Shown piece by piece: positions 20,375 to 30,379 of a stretch of DNA of 64,000 nucleotides (its first letter is position 1; the number at the start of each line of letters is the position of its first letter). Made by a program: the position numbers and the translations under genes. Location of the stretch: positions 1,376,001-1,440,000 of the forward strand of contig OY969696.1 of assembly GCA_963702005.1 (NCBI GenBank). Direction: 5' to 3'. The notes under the pieces were generated by a model, which saw nothing but the letters and a program-made list of their open reading frames with translations, made no database searches and was not told the DNA's origin. The stretch comes from Candidatus Aminicenantes bacterium. GTDB taxonomy: Bacteria; Acidobacteriota; Aminicenantia; Aminicenantales; JAFGBC01.

Positions 20375-21340
20375 ATGCCTAAGCCAAAATTCGCAGTCTA
20401 CTGGGCCGCCTCTTGTGGAGGGTGCGAAATCGCGTTTCTCGAGATCCGGGAGAAGATCCTGGATTTCGACGCGGCGGCCGACTTGGTGTTCTGTCCGTGC
20501 CTCATGGACACTAAATACAAAGATATCGAAGCGATGGCCGATGGCGAGATTGACGTTACGCTCTTCAACGGGGGAATCCGGAACGAGGAGAACCTCCACA
20601 TCGCCCAACTCCTCCGGCAAAAGTCCAAAGTCCTGGTCGCCTTCGGCTCCTGCGCAACCAAGGGTTGCATCCCCGGTTTGGCCAACCTGACGACCAAAGA
20701 GGAAATGCTGGACTACGTCTATCGACGCTCCCCCTCCCTGGAAGCGGGCAATCAGGTTTTGCCCCAGATGACCACCGAGACTCCGGCCGGGCGGCTGACC
20801 CTTCCGGCCCTGTATGAAACCCTCCGGCCCCTGGGTCAGGTCGTGGACGTGGACTACCGCGTGCCCGGCTGTCCTCCCGTGGCCGAACAGATCTGGGCGG
20901 TGGCCGAGGCGGCCCTGACCGGAAAGCTTCCCCCCAAGGGTTCTCTGGTGGGGGTCAATCCCAAGACGGTCTGCGACGAATGCAAGCGGAAGAAAGAAGA
21001 GAAGAAGATCAAGGCCTTCCGCCGGCCCCACCTCGTCGACCCCCGGGATATCGATCCCAATAAGTGTCTGCTCGAGCAGGGGATCATCTGCAACGGGCCG
21101 GCCATCCACGCCGGCTGCGGCGCCCTCTGCCCCCAGGTCAACCTGGGGTGCCGCGGTTGCTACGGACCGGCCGATGGCATCCTTGATGTCGGGGCCAAGC
21201 TGGCCGGGTCGATCGCCTCGATCATCGACAGCGACGATCCCGCCGAGATCGAAACGATCGTCAAACAAATTCCGGATCCGGTCGGGACGTTTTACCGTTT
21301 CAGCCTGGCCGCTTCGCTCGTCGGGAGGCGCTTGAAATGA
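20375..21340 (+). CDS. mvhG: Group 3c [NiFe]-hydrogenase small subunit
   Basis: SCGGCE, FGSCA, PGCPP, VCDEC, CLLEQGIICNGP, CRGCYG. Confidence 0.92.
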   Translation: MPKPKFAVYWAASCGGCEIAFLEIREKILDFDAAADLVFCPCLMDTKYKDIEAMADGEIDVTLFNGGIRNEENLHIAQLLRQKSKVLVAFGSCATKGCIPGLANLTTKEEMLDYVYRRSPSLEAGNQVLPQMTTETPAGRLTLPALYETLRPLGQVVDVDYRVPGCPPVAEQIWAVAEAALTGKLPPKGSLVGVNPKTVCDECKRKKEEKKIKAFRRPHLVDPRDIDPNKCLLEQGIICNGPAIHAGCGALCPQVNLGCRGCYGPADGILDVGAKLAGSIASIIDSDDPAEIETIVKQIPDPVGTFYRFSLAASLVGRRLK

Positions 21341-22794
21341 AAACGATCACCATCGACCCTATAACGCGGCTCGAAGGCCACGGCAAAATCTCCATTTTCC
21401 TGGATGACGCGGGCAACGTCGCCGACGCCTACCTCCAGATCCCCGAGCTCCGCGGCTTTGAGAAGTTCTGCGTCGGCCGTCCCGTCGAGGAGATGCCCCG
21501 GATCACGACCCGTATCTGCGGCGTCTGCCCGGAAGCCCACATGATGGCTTCGGCCAAGACTTGCGACGCGGTCTATCACATCGACCTCCCCCGCACGGCC
21601 CGGATGCTGCGGGAGCTGCTCTACGTCATTTTTTTTGTCACCGACCACGCCACTCATTTCTACGCCTTGGGCGGGCCTGATTTCGTCATGGGGCCGGACG
21701 CCCCGGCGGCCCAGCGCAATATCCTCGGCGTCATCCACAAGGTCGGGGTCGAGATCGGCCGGAAAGTCATCGGCATGCGCGGGGCCTGCCACGAGCTCAT
21801 TAAGATGATGGGCGGCAAAGCCGTCCACCCTATCGGGGCGCTGCCCGGCGGCATGAGCAAGGGCATGAGCAAGGACGAGCGCGACCTCGTCCTCAAAACG
21901 GGCCGGGACGCCGTCGAATTCGGCAAGTTCTCCATCGGCATCTTTAACCAGATCGTCCTGGGAAACAAGAAATATGTCGACCTCATCCTGAGCGACAGCT
22001 TCACGCATCACACCTACAACATGGGGCTGGTCGACGAGCACAACCACGTCAACTTCTACGACGGCAGCGTCCGCGTGACGGGTCCGGACGGACGCGAACA
22101 CGCCCAGTTCAAGGCCGCCGAATACCTCGAACATATCGTCGAGCACGTCGAGCCCTGGACCTACCTCAAATTCCCGGTCCTCCGCAAGATCGGCTGGAAG
22201 GGCCTCGTCGACGGCCCCGAGAGCGGGATCTACAAGGCGACGCCGCTCTCCCGCCTCAATGTTTCGGACGGGATGGCGACGCCGCTGGCCAACGAGGAGC
22301 ACGACCGGATGTACAAGACTTTGGGCGGCAAGCCCGTCCACCAAACGCTGGCCACCCACTGGGCCCGCCTGATCGAGCTCCTGTACGCGGCCGAGCGCTG
22401 GGTCGAACTGGCCTCAGACGCCGAGATCACGGGTCCCGAATACCGGGTCGTCCCCGACAAGACCCCGGACGAGGGCATGGGCGTCGTCGAGGCGCCCAGG
22501 GGCACTCTCTATCATCATTATAAGACGGACAAGAACGGCCTTGTCCGAGAGGCCAACCTGATCGTCGGGACGACCAACAACAACGGCGCCATAAACCTGT
22601 CGATCAAGAAAGCCGCGATGAACTTCATAAAAAACGGCAACGTCAACGACGGGCTTCTGAACATCGTCGAGATGGCGTTCAGAGCCTACGATCCCTGCTT
22701 CGGGTGCGCTACCCATGCGTGGCCCGGCCAAGCGCCGCTTCATATCGGCATCTTCGACCATGAGAGAAACCTCGTCCGTGATCTGAGGAGATGA
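21337..22794 (+). CDS. mvhA: Group 3c [NiFe]-hydrogenase large subunit
   Basis: ITRLEGHG, RGFEKF, L1 RICGVC, EAPRG, L2 DPCFGCATH followed by a cleavable C-terminal extension. Confidence 0.94.
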   Translation: MKTITIDPITRLEGHGKISIFLDDAGNVADAYLQIPELRGFEKFCVGRPVEEMPRITTRICGVCPEAHMMASAKTCDAVYHIDLPRTARMLRELLYVIFFVTDHATHFYALGGPDFVMGPDAPAAQRNILGVIHKVGVEIGRKVIGMRGACHELIKMMGGKAVHPIGALPGGMSKGMSKDERDLVLKTGRDAVEFGKFSIGIFNQIVLGNKKYVDLILSDSFTHHTYNMGLVDEHNHVNFYDGSVRVTGPDGREHAQFKAAEYLEHIVEHVEPWTYLKFPVLRKIGWKGLVDGPESGIYKATPLSRLNVSDGMATPLANEEHDRMYKTLGGKPVHQTLATHWARLIELLYAAERWVELASDAEITGPEYRVVPDKTPDEGMGVVEAPRGTLYHHYKTDKNGLVREANLIVGTTNNNGAINLSIKKAAMNFIKNGNVNDGLLNIVEMAFRAYDPCFGCATHAWPGQAPLHIGIFDHERNLVRDLRR

Positions 22795-24233
22795 CCAAGG
22801 CCATGAAAGTTCTCGTTCTCAACAGCGGCAGCTCATCCGTCAAGTTCCAGTTTATCCGGATGGACGATGAAGGCCTCTTGGCTAAAGGGATCGTCGAGAA
22901 GATCGGCTCGAGCGACGCCATCGTCACCTACCAGCCGGAGGGACGGAACAAGATCCGCGAGATCCGCGAGGTCCTCAACCACAGCGTGGCCATCGAGATG
23001 GTCCTCAACCTGCTCCTCCACCCCCAGCACGGCGTCATCCGCCACATGAGCGAGATCGACGGAATCGGGCACCGCGTCGTCCACGGGGGCGAGGACTTTT
23101 CCGACTCTGTCCTGATCACGGACAAGGTCAAGGCCACCATCCGCAAGTGCATTCAATTCGCCCCGCTCCATAATCCCCACAACCTCAAGGGCATCGAAGC
23201 CTGCGAGACGCTCCTGCCGGGAGTCCCTCAGGTGGGCGTGTTCGACACGGCCTATCATCAAACCATCCCCCCCAAGGCGTTCATCTATGGGTTGCCCTAT
23301 GCCCTCTACAGGAAACTGAGCATCCGTCGCTACGGATTCCACGGCACCTCCCACAACTACGTCGCCCACCGGGCCGCCGAGATCCTCGGCCGGCCGATCG
23401 GCGAGCTCAAACTTATCACCTGCCACCTGGGCAACGGGGCCAGCATCACCGCCGTGGTCGGCGGGAAATCGGTCGACACGACCATGGGTTTCACTCCCCT
23501 CGAAGGCCTGGTCATGGGGACCCGCTGCGGCAGCATCGACCCCGCCCTTGTCCCCTACATCATGGATCGGGAGAAGCTCGGGACCAAGGAAATCGACTCC
23601 ATCATGAACAAGAACAGCGGCATGCTGGGACTGACCGAGACCTCTCACGACATGCGGGAGGTCGAGCAGGAGGCCGCCCATGGCAGCGAGCGCCACCGTC
23701 TGGCCCTCGAGATCTACTGCCACGCCGCGAAAAAGTACATTGGGGCCTACATGGCCGAAATGGGCGGGGTGAACGCCATCGTCTTCACCGGCGGGATCGG
23801 GGAGAACTCCCGGCTGGTCCGGCGGCTCGTTTTGGAAGGTTTGGACAAATTCGACATCATCCTCGACGCCGGAAAGAACGAGGCCAACGAGCGCGTGATC
23901 AGTTCGGGTGGGGTCAAGATCATGGTTATTCCGACCAACGAAGAGTTGGCCATTGCCAGAGACACACAGCGGATTCTAATCTCATTAGGGCCCGCGGAGA
24001 TTCTGCCCGCCGCGGCGGAAGCCGAACGCCCGGCCGCTTTTCCACCCGATGATGTGGCCAAGCTCGTCCTGCTCTGGGCCAAGAATCGCAAGGCAGACGC
24101 CTCGTTTCTGGCCTTGAAATGGAGCGAGGAGATCGGCCGCCCCGTTGATCCCGAGACCGCGCGGCGGGAGCTGGAGCGGCTGAACCTGGTGGCGGCCGCC
24201 CGGCCGGCCAAGAAAACGCCGAAAACGAAGTGA
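22791..24233 (+). CDS. ackA: Acetate kinase with ~80-aa C-terminal extension
   Basis: LNSGSSS, GHRVVHGG, APLHNP, RRYGFHGTSH, HLGNGAS, FTGGIGEN, IPTNEEL, then an extra helical/basic tail. Confidence 0.95.
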   Translation: MTKAMKVLVLNSGSSSVKFQFIRMDDEGLLAKGIVEKIGSSDAIVTYQPEGRNKIREIREVLNHSVAIEMVLNLLLHPQHGVIRHMSEIDGIGHRVVHGGEDFSDSVLITDKVKATIRKCIQFAPLHNPHNLKGIEACETLLPGVPQVGVFDTAYHQTIPPKAFIYGLPYALYRKLSIRRYGFHGTSHNYVAHRAAEILGRPIGELKLITCHLGNGASITAVVGGKSVDTTMGFTPLEGLVMGTRCGSIDPALVPYIMDREKLGTKEIDSIMNKNSGMLGLTETSHDMREVEQEAAHGSERHRLALEIYCHAAKKYIGAYMAEMGGVNAIVFTGGIGENSRLVRRLVLEGLDKFDIILDAGKNEANERVISSGGVKIMVIPTNEELAIARDTQRILISLGPAEILPAAAEAERPAAFPPDDVAKLVLLWAKNRKADASFLALKWSEEIGRPVDPETARRELERLNLVAAARPAKKTPKTK

Positions 24234-24742
24234 AGGATGGAGTCATGGATAAAATCAACCGGGAAGATGCAGGCTGGCTGGTCGCCTTGGCTTGGCTGAG
24301 CGCGCTTGAAGAGACGGGCCGCGATTTCCACGGCACGCGGCCGTACGTCTTCAGCGCCCGGGCCTATGAGCATTCCGTCCAGTATTATCTCCATCTCCTG
24401 GGGGACGAATACGGCATACAGATCAAGAAGTCCGGCTCGATTCGGGCCGCCGTCGAGAACTACATCCAGATCGGCGTCGCCGGCGGATTGTTTCGAGACG
24501 CGAATTTTTTCGAACTGTCCGAGCTGAATCCCTTCCACCTGGAGATCACGGTCCATGACTGCGTCTACTTGAAAAGCTGCCGGGCGCTGATCGAGGAGGG
24601 TTTCTCGGTCCGCGACCTGACCTGCGCCCGGATCGGATGCTTTCGAGCGGCGGTCAAAGCCCTGGCCAACATCGACTGCGAATACCAGGTGACGTCATTC
24701 AACATCGACGGGGACTGCAAAGGCTACATTGAAAGGACCTGA
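24230..24742 (+). CDS. Cys-rich small protein, V4R/MetOD-like ligand- or metal-binding fold (tentative)
   Basis: ITVHDCVYLKSC..LTCARIGC..C..GDCKGYI pattern. Start may be ATG 24245. Confidence 0.6.
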   Translation: MKDGVMDKINREDAGWLVALAWLSALEETGRDFHGTRPYVFSARAYEHSVQYYLHLLGDEYGIQIKKSGSIRAAVENYIQIGVAGGLFRDANFFELSELNPFHLEITVHDCVYLKSCRALIEEGFSVRDLTCARIGCFRAAVKALANIDCEYQVTSFNIDGDCKGYIERT

Positions 24743-26582
24743 ATTGGATATTGCGGCCTCCTCAGAGCTGAAGAACCTGCTCCAGACGGTCAAGGAGAGC
24801 GATGACGCGGCGATCGTCCGGGCGGCCATCATGCAGCTGGGCTATGAAAAACAGGCCGAAATCTATCCCGTCCTGGTCGAAAAGCTGGCCGACCCGAATC
24901 CCAGCGTTCAACACGCGGCCGTTATCGCCCTGGGACGTTACGGCCGAGCGGACGCCATCGAGGAGCTGATCAAACCCAAAATCTTCAACTCGCCCAACGC
25001 CCAGATCCGTTGGGCGGCCGTCACCGCCTTAGGCCGGCTGGGCGATTATCGAGTCATCACTTATCTGCTCAAAGCCGTCGAAGATCCGGAGTGGATCGTC
25101 CGGACCGAGACCGTCACCGAGCTCATGGGAAAAGTCAAGGAGATCATTGCCCGCAAGGACGTCCGGCTGGCCCGGGTCCTGATCTATATGTTCTCGCTGG
25201 ACAACGAGGAGATCGTCAACCTGGCCATGGAGGGCTTCCAGGAAATAGGGCCCGGAAGCCTAACCTGGCTCCATGACGCCCTCCAGAATCCCTCGCCGAA
25301 CATCCGCTCCAACACGGCCCGGACCTTGGGGAAGATGAGTTTCCATGCCTCCGCGCCTTACCTCCTGGAGCTTCTCCAGGACGAAGACGCCACCGTAAGG
25401 GCCTGTGCTTGTGAAGCCTTGGGCCAGATCGGAGACAAGAGCAGCATCGAACCCCTGGTGTTGATGATCCAGGACAACGTCGAAAAAGTCCAGGAGCAGG
25501 CCGCTACGGCCATCGTCGGTTTCGGGAAGCAAGCCACGATTCCCCTTTTAAACGCGCTGTCCCGCGAGCGGGATAAATTCGCACAGCGGGCGTTCCTCAA
25601 GTGCCTGGGCCGGATCGGAGACCCCAAGTCCGTTTCCGCTCTGATCAGCTATCTGCGCAGCAGCTATTTCATCGTCCGCCAGTCGGCCGTGTCCGCCCTT
25701 GTCCACTTCGGCCCGATCGTGACCCGTCACCTCGTGGCCACGCTCTCCTTCAACACGTCGGACATCGAGAAGCTGACCAGAGACGCCTGCGACAAGGAGC
25801 ACCCGGAACTCCAGATGAGGGCCATCAAAGCCCTCGGGGGGCTGGAGGATAAGCGCGTCGTTCCCCTGCTCAAGGAGATCGTCGAGGAGGGGTTGCCCGA
25901 CGTCCAGGAGGCGGCCTGCCAGGCCCTCTATCAGATCGGGTGCGCCGCCTGGGGCCGTTGCTCCGCCCTCAAGGTTCTGGGCGAGGTGGCGGACCAATCC
26001 GCCGTCGCCGAGATCCTGCCTTCGCTCCAGGACCATTCCGAAAACGTCCGCTGCGAAGCCGTCCGGTCCTTGGGTAAATTGGGCGGCCCCGCAGCCGTCA
26101 AGAATCTGGCCCGAATAGCCCGGAAGGACAGGGCCGACTTCATCCGGCGCGAGGCCTTCCGAGTCCTGAGGACGGCCGGGCTGGGCCAGCCCGGGATCCT
26201 GGACGTCGCCCAGAGAGGCCTCAGGGACTCCTCAAGGGAGGTCCGGGTTCAGGCCGCCCGGCTTCTGGGCAACTTTCAGGACCGGAAATCCATCCTTCCC
26301 TTGCTTAAGGCCATGGCCGATCTCCATTGGAGCGTTCGCGAGAGCGCCGAGACCGCGCTCCTCAATTTCGGACAGGATGCCGTGGACCTGCTGATTGAAG
26401 CCTTGGACAGCCGCTCATGGACGACGCGTTTTCGCGCCGCCCGGCTGTTAGGAGAGATCGGAGATCCGAAGGCCGTATCTCCGCTAAAAAAGGCCCTCGC
26501 TCGACGAGGGGAAAGGAGGGACGTTCGGGAGGTCGCCAATGCCTCGCTCCAGAAGATAGAGAATCCCGTAACGCACTCATAA
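24729..26582 (+). CDS. HEAT/PBS-lyase repeat protein
   Basis: Many D....VR..A..ALG..GD....PL units. Start TTG 24729 or 24744. Confidence 0.9.
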   Translation: MKGPELDIAASSELKNLLQTVKESDDAAIVRAAIMQLGYEKQAEIYPVLVEKLADPNPSVQHAAVIALGRYGRADAIEELIKPKIFNSPNAQIRWAAVTALGRLGDYRVITYLLKAVEDPEWIVRTETVTELMGKVKEIIARKDVRLARVLIYMFSLDNEEIVNLAMEGFQEIGPGSLTWLHDALQNPSPNIRSNTARTLGKMSFHASAPYLLELLQDEDATVRACACEALGQIGDKSSIEPLVLMIQDNVEKVQEQAATAIVGFGKQATIPLLNALSRERDKFAQRAFLKCLGRIGDPKSVSALISYLRSSYFIVRQSAVSALVHFGPIVTRHLVATLSFNTSDIEKLTRDACDKEHPELQMRAIKALGGLEDKRVVPLLKEIVEEGLPDVQEAACQALYQIGCAAWGRCSALKVLGEVADQSAVAEILPSLQDHSENVRCEAVRSLGKLGGPAAVKNLARIARKDRADFIRREAFRVLRTAGLGQPGILDVAQRGLRDSSREVRVQAARLLGNFQDRKSILPLLKAMADLHWSVRESAETALLNFGQDAVDLLIEALDSRSWTTRFRAARLLGEIGDPKAVSPLKKALARRGERRDVREVANASLQKIENPVTHS

Positions 26583-26622
26583 TTATTTTCCGGCACTTTT
26601 TTACTTAACGCGAGGAGAGAGC

Positions 26623-27030
26623 ATGAGAGTCAAGCTCAAGGCGAGTTCAGAACCGCGTAAGTTCATCGAGAGGATCGAGGAGCTTTCCGGCGAGAATGTC
26701 TACGCCTGCTACCAATGCGGGCGATGCTCGGCCGGATGCCCGGTCGCTTCGGAGATGGACCTCCTCCCCAACCAAATCATCCGGCTTGTCCAGATGGGGC
26801 TCGAGGAGGATGTCCTACGGTCCAAGACCCTTTTCCTGTGCGCCTCCTGTTTCACCTGCCAGTCGCGCTGCCCCAAGGGCATCGATATGGCCAGGATCAT
26901 GGAGGCCGTCCGCTACGTCCTGGAGCCGAAGGGCAAGGACGCCTACGGGCCGTGTGAAGTCTCGCCGGAGCTGGCCAAGGAGCTGCCCCAGCAGGCCCTG
27001 GTCTCCCTCTTTCGCAAGTTCTCGAAGTAG
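26623..27030 (+). CDS. hdrC: Heterodisulfide reductase subunit C
   Basis: CYQCGRCSAGCP, PNQIIRLVQMG, CASCFTCQSRCP. Confidence 0.93.
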   Translation: MRVKLKASSEPRKFIERIEELSGENVYACYQCGRCSAGCPVASEMDLLPNQIIRLVQMGLEEDVLRSKTLFLCASCFTCQSRCPKGIDMARIMEAVRYVLEPKGKDAYGPCEVSPELAKELPQQALVSLFRKFSK

Positions 27031-27039
27031 GGAGGGCCG

Positions 27040-27972
27040 ATGAAGCTCCATTATTATCCGGGATGCACGCTCAAGGAAAAGACGACCGGCCTGGACCTCT
27101 CCACCCGGGAAGCCATGAAACGGCTGGACATCGAGCTGGTCGAGCCCGAGGGGTGGACCTGCTGCGGCGCCGAGTATCCGCTCACCGAGGAAAAGATCGT
27201 CGGCCTCGCGGCACCCCTGCGCGTCCTGCGGCAAGTCCGGGACGAGGGGGGCGACATCTTGGTCACGACCTGTTCCTTCTGTTTCGCCGTCCTGAGGAGG
27301 GCCAATAAGGCCGTCCGGGAGGACCCCCTCAAGAATAAACGCCTCAACGCCTATCTCCGAGACGACGTCAAGATCGATCCCTGGACCAAGGCCAAAACAA
27401 CGGACTTTGGAGATTATAACGGCGAGGTTAAAATCCTCCACTTACTGGAGTATCTCCGCGACCATGTCGGCTATCCCCGGATCCGATCCCGCCTGAAACG
27501 CGATTTGAAGGGCATGGCCATCGCTCCCTATTACGGTTGCCGGCTCCTCCGGCCGCAGAAGGAGCTGGGCGTTGATGAGCCCGACCAGCCGCGAATATTC
27601 GAGGAGTTCCTAGAGGCCGTGGGCTGCCGAGCCGTCGAATACCCTTTCAAACAGGAATGCTGCGGTTCCTATCTATCCGTTTCGATGCCGGCCGCCGCCA
27701 GCGAGGCCTCCTACCGCGTCCTCCGCTCGGCCCGTCTCAACGGCGCCCGGGCCATCACCGTCACCTGCCCCCTGTGTTTCTATAACATGGACCACCGGCA
27801 GGAGGCGATCAAGGAAACTTTCCTGGATTTCCCGGGCCTGCCCGTCTTGTTCTTCAGCCAGATCCTGGCCTGGGCCCTGGGCGTCGACAAGGAACTCCTA
27901 GGCCTTGGGGAGCATTCGGTCCCCGCGGACAGCCTGTTCGACGATCATCCTGCGGCTGAGGTGAGGTCATGA
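27040..27972 (+). CDS. hdrB: Heterodisulfide reductase subunit B
   Basis: Two intact CCG domains: YYPGC..CCG..CSFC and YYGC..CCG..CPLC. Confidence 0.93.
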   Translation: MKLHYYPGCTLKEKTTGLDLSTREAMKRLDIELVEPEGWTCCGAEYPLTEEKIVGLAAPLRVLRQVRDEGGDILVTTCSFCFAVLRRANKAVREDPLKNKRLNAYLRDDVKIDPWTKAKTTDFGDYNGEVKILHLLEYLRDHVGYPRIRSRLKRDLKGMAIAPYYGCRLLRPQKELGVDEPDQPRIFEEFLEAVGCRAVEYPFKQECCGSYLSVSMPAAASEASYRVLRSARLNGARAITVTCPLCFYNMDHRQEAIKETFLDFPGLPVLFFSQILAWALGVDKELLGLGEHSVPADSLFDDHPAAEVRS

Positions 27973-29939
27973 CCGCCCCGAAGAAAGAAAAGCGGATCGG
28001 GTTGTTCATCTGCCACTGCGGGGTCAACATCGCCGGCGTGGTCGACGTCGAAAAGGTGGCCCAGATCATGAAGGACTATCCGGGCGTGACCTTCTCGACG
28101 AACTACGTCTACATGTGCTCCGACCCCGGTCAGCAGATGATCATCGATACGATCAAGGAAAAACACCTGGACGGAATCATCGTCGCCGCCTGCTCGCCGA
28201 CCCTCCACGAGAAGACCTTCCAGGAGGCGGCCCGCCTGGCCGGCCTGAATCCCTACCAGATCGAGATCGCCAACATCCGCGAGCAGGACAGCTGGGTCCA
28301 CACGGACAAGGCCAAGGCCACCAAGAAGGCTATCAAGATCGTCAAGTCCCACGTGGCCAAGGCCCTGCAGAACGAGAGCCTGGAGCCGGTCAAGGTCGCC
28401 GTCAACAGACGGGCCCTGATCATCGGCGGCGGCGTCAGCGGTCTTCAGGCGGCCCTGGACATCGCCGACCACGGCTACGAGGTCATCCTCGTCGAGAAGA
28501 ATCCCTCGATCGGCGGCAAGATGATCCAGCTCTCGGAGACCTTCCCGACGCTCGACTGTTCACAGTGCATTCTGACGCCCAAGATGGTCGAGGTCTCGCG
28601 CCATCCCCGGATCAAACTCCTGACCTATCACGAGGTCGATTCCGTGTCGGGTTTCGTCGGCAACTTCAAGGTCAAAATCCGGAAGAAACCCCGCTACGTG
28701 GACGAAACCCAGTGCAACCTCTGCGGCGAGTGCGAGAAGGTCTGCCCCCAGGTCGTCTCCGACGAATTCAACATGGGGCTGGCCTTCCGCAAGGCCATCT
28801 ACATGCCCTTCCCCCAGGCCATCCCGGGGACCTACACGCTGGACGCCGAGAACTGCCTCGGCCTGTCCCCCGTGCGCTGCGGCAAGTGCAAGGACGTCTG
28901 CGAGAAGAAGGCCATCGACTACGACATGAAGGAAACCATCATCGAAGAGGAGGTCGGAGCGATCGTCGTCGCCACGGGCTACGACCTCTACACCATGCAG
29001 GCCATCGGGGAGTACGGCGGGGAGAAGTACGAGGACGTCATCAACGGCCTGGAGTTCGAACGCATCCTCTCCGCCTCGGGGCCGACCGGAGGGGTGATCC
29101 GGAGGCCGTCGGACGGCCAGGTCCCGAAATCGATCGTCTTCGTCCAGTGCACCGGCTCGCGCGACACGGAGAAGCACAATCCCTACTGCTCCAAGATCTG
29201 CTGCATGTACACGGCCAAGCACGCCATGATGTACCGCCACCGCGTCCCGGACGGCCAGGCCACGGTCTTCTACATCGACGTCCGGACGGGCGGGAAAGCT
29301 TTCGACGAGTTCTACCAGAGGACGGTCGAGGAAGACCGGGTCCTCTATATCCGCGGCAAGGTCTCTAAGATCTTCAAGGAAGGCGACAAGCTCATCGTCT
29401 GGGGCGTGGACACGCTGGCTGGCAAGAAGGTCGAAGTCGAGGCCGACATGGTCGTCCTGGCCATCGCCATGGTCAAGGCCGACGGCGTCATGGACCTGTT
29501 GAAGAAGCTCAAAATCGCCACCGACATCCATGGCTTCCTGGCCGAGGCCCATCCCAAGCTGCGGCCGGTCGAAAGCCTGAACGCCGGTTTCTACCTGGCG
29601 GGCTGCGCTCACGGTCCCAAGGACATCCCCGAGGCGGTGGCCCAAGCGTCGGCGGCCGCGGCCAAGGTCGGAGACCTGTTCGCCCAGAAGGAACTCCTCC
29701 ACGACCCGACGATCGTGTCGGTGAACGACGAGCTCTGCTCGGGGTGCGCGATCTGCATCACCATGTGCCCCTACTCCGCCCGGAGCATCGACCCGGAGCG
29801 CGGCGTCGCCGTCGTCAACGAAATCCTCTGTGAGGGCTGCGGGGCCTGCGCCGCCGCCTGTCCCAGCGGAGCGGCACAGCAGCGCAACCAGACCGACAGC
29901 CAAATCTATTCCATGCTCAGGGCCATGCTGGGGGAATGA
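27969..29939 (+). CDS. hdrA: Heterodisulfide reductase subunit A (bifurcating FAD)
   Basis: CHCGVNI, ACSP, NIREQ, GGGVSG, TFPTLDCSQC, GLEFER, YCSKICCMYTAK, HPKLRP, GPKDIP, C-terminal 2x[4Fe-4S]. Confidence 0.96.
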   Translation: MTAPKKEKRIGLFICHCGVNIAGVVDVEKVAQIMKDYPGVTFSTNYVYMCSDPGQQMIIDTIKEKHLDGIIVAACSPTLHEKTFQEAARLAGLNPYQIEIANIREQDSWVHTDKAKATKKAIKIVKSHVAKALQNESLEPVKVAVNRRALIIGGGVSGLQAALDIADHGYEVILVEKNPSIGGKMIQLSETFPTLDCSQCILTPKMVEVSRHPRIKLLTYHEVDSVSGFVGNFKVKIRKKPRYVDETQCNLCGECEKVCPQVVSDEFNMGLAFRKAIYMPFPQAIPGTYTLDAENCLGLSPVRCGKCKDVCEKKAIDYDMKETIIEEEVGAIVVATGYDLYTMQAIGEYGGEKYEDVINGLEFERILSASGPTGGVIRRPSDGQVPKSIVFVQCTGSRDTEKHNPYCSKICCMYTAKHAMMYRHRVPDGQATVFYIDVRTGGKAFDEFYQRTVEEDRVLYIRGKVSKIFKEGDKLIVWGVDTLAGKKVEVEADMVVLAIAMVKADGVMDLLKKLKIATDIHGFLAEAHPKLRPVESLNAGFYLAGCAHGPKDIPEAVAQASAAAAKVGDLFAQKELLHDPTIVSVNDELCSGCAICITMCPYSARSIDPERGVAVVNEILCEGCGACAAACPSGAAQQRNQTDSQIYSMLRAMLGE

Positions 29940-30379
29940 CCATGTTTGAACCGCAAATCATGTGTTTTCTCTGCAAGTGGTGCACGAGCGCGGCCGCCGA
30001 CGCGGCCGGCACATCCCGCCTCCACTACGCGCCGAACGGCGTCAACCTGCGGGTCATGTGCTCCAGCCGTGTCGACCCCCAACACATCCTCTACGCCTTC
30101 CGGGAAGGAGCGGACGGGGTTTTCATCGGCGGCTGCCATCCCGGCGATTGCCATTACGTCGAAGGGAATTACAAGACCCTCCGCCGGGTGACTCTTTTAA
30201 AGATCATGCTTCAGGACCTGGGCATCGACCCGAAGCGCCTCCGCCTGGAATGGATATCGGCCGCGGAAGGAAAAAAGTACGCGGAAACCATGGATGAGTT
30301 CACGAGTCAGATCCAGGCCCTGGGGCCGCTCCAACTCAACGAAAAAGCCTTAGCCAGGGAGGTGGTCAAAGATGAGTAA
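29936..30379 (+). CDS. mvhD: Hydrogenase/Hdr [2Fe-2S] adaptor subunit
   Basis: CKWC, RVMCSSRVD, GADGV..GCHPGDCHY..GN, WISAAEG. Confidence 0.94.
   Translation: MTMFEPQIMCFLCKWCTSAAADAAGTSRLHYAPNGVNLRVMCSSRVDPQHILYAFREGADGVFIGGCHPGDCHYVEGNYKTLRRVTLLKIMLQDLGIDPKRLRLEWISAAEGKKYAETMDEFTSQIQALGPLQLNEKALAREVVKDE

Noticed and set aside
20375-30379. Possible selenocysteine recoding in mvhA, hdrA or mvhD
   Set aside because: The relevant positions are ordinary Cys codons (DPCFGC, LDCSQC, CKWC/GDCHY) and the ORFs are uninterrupted.
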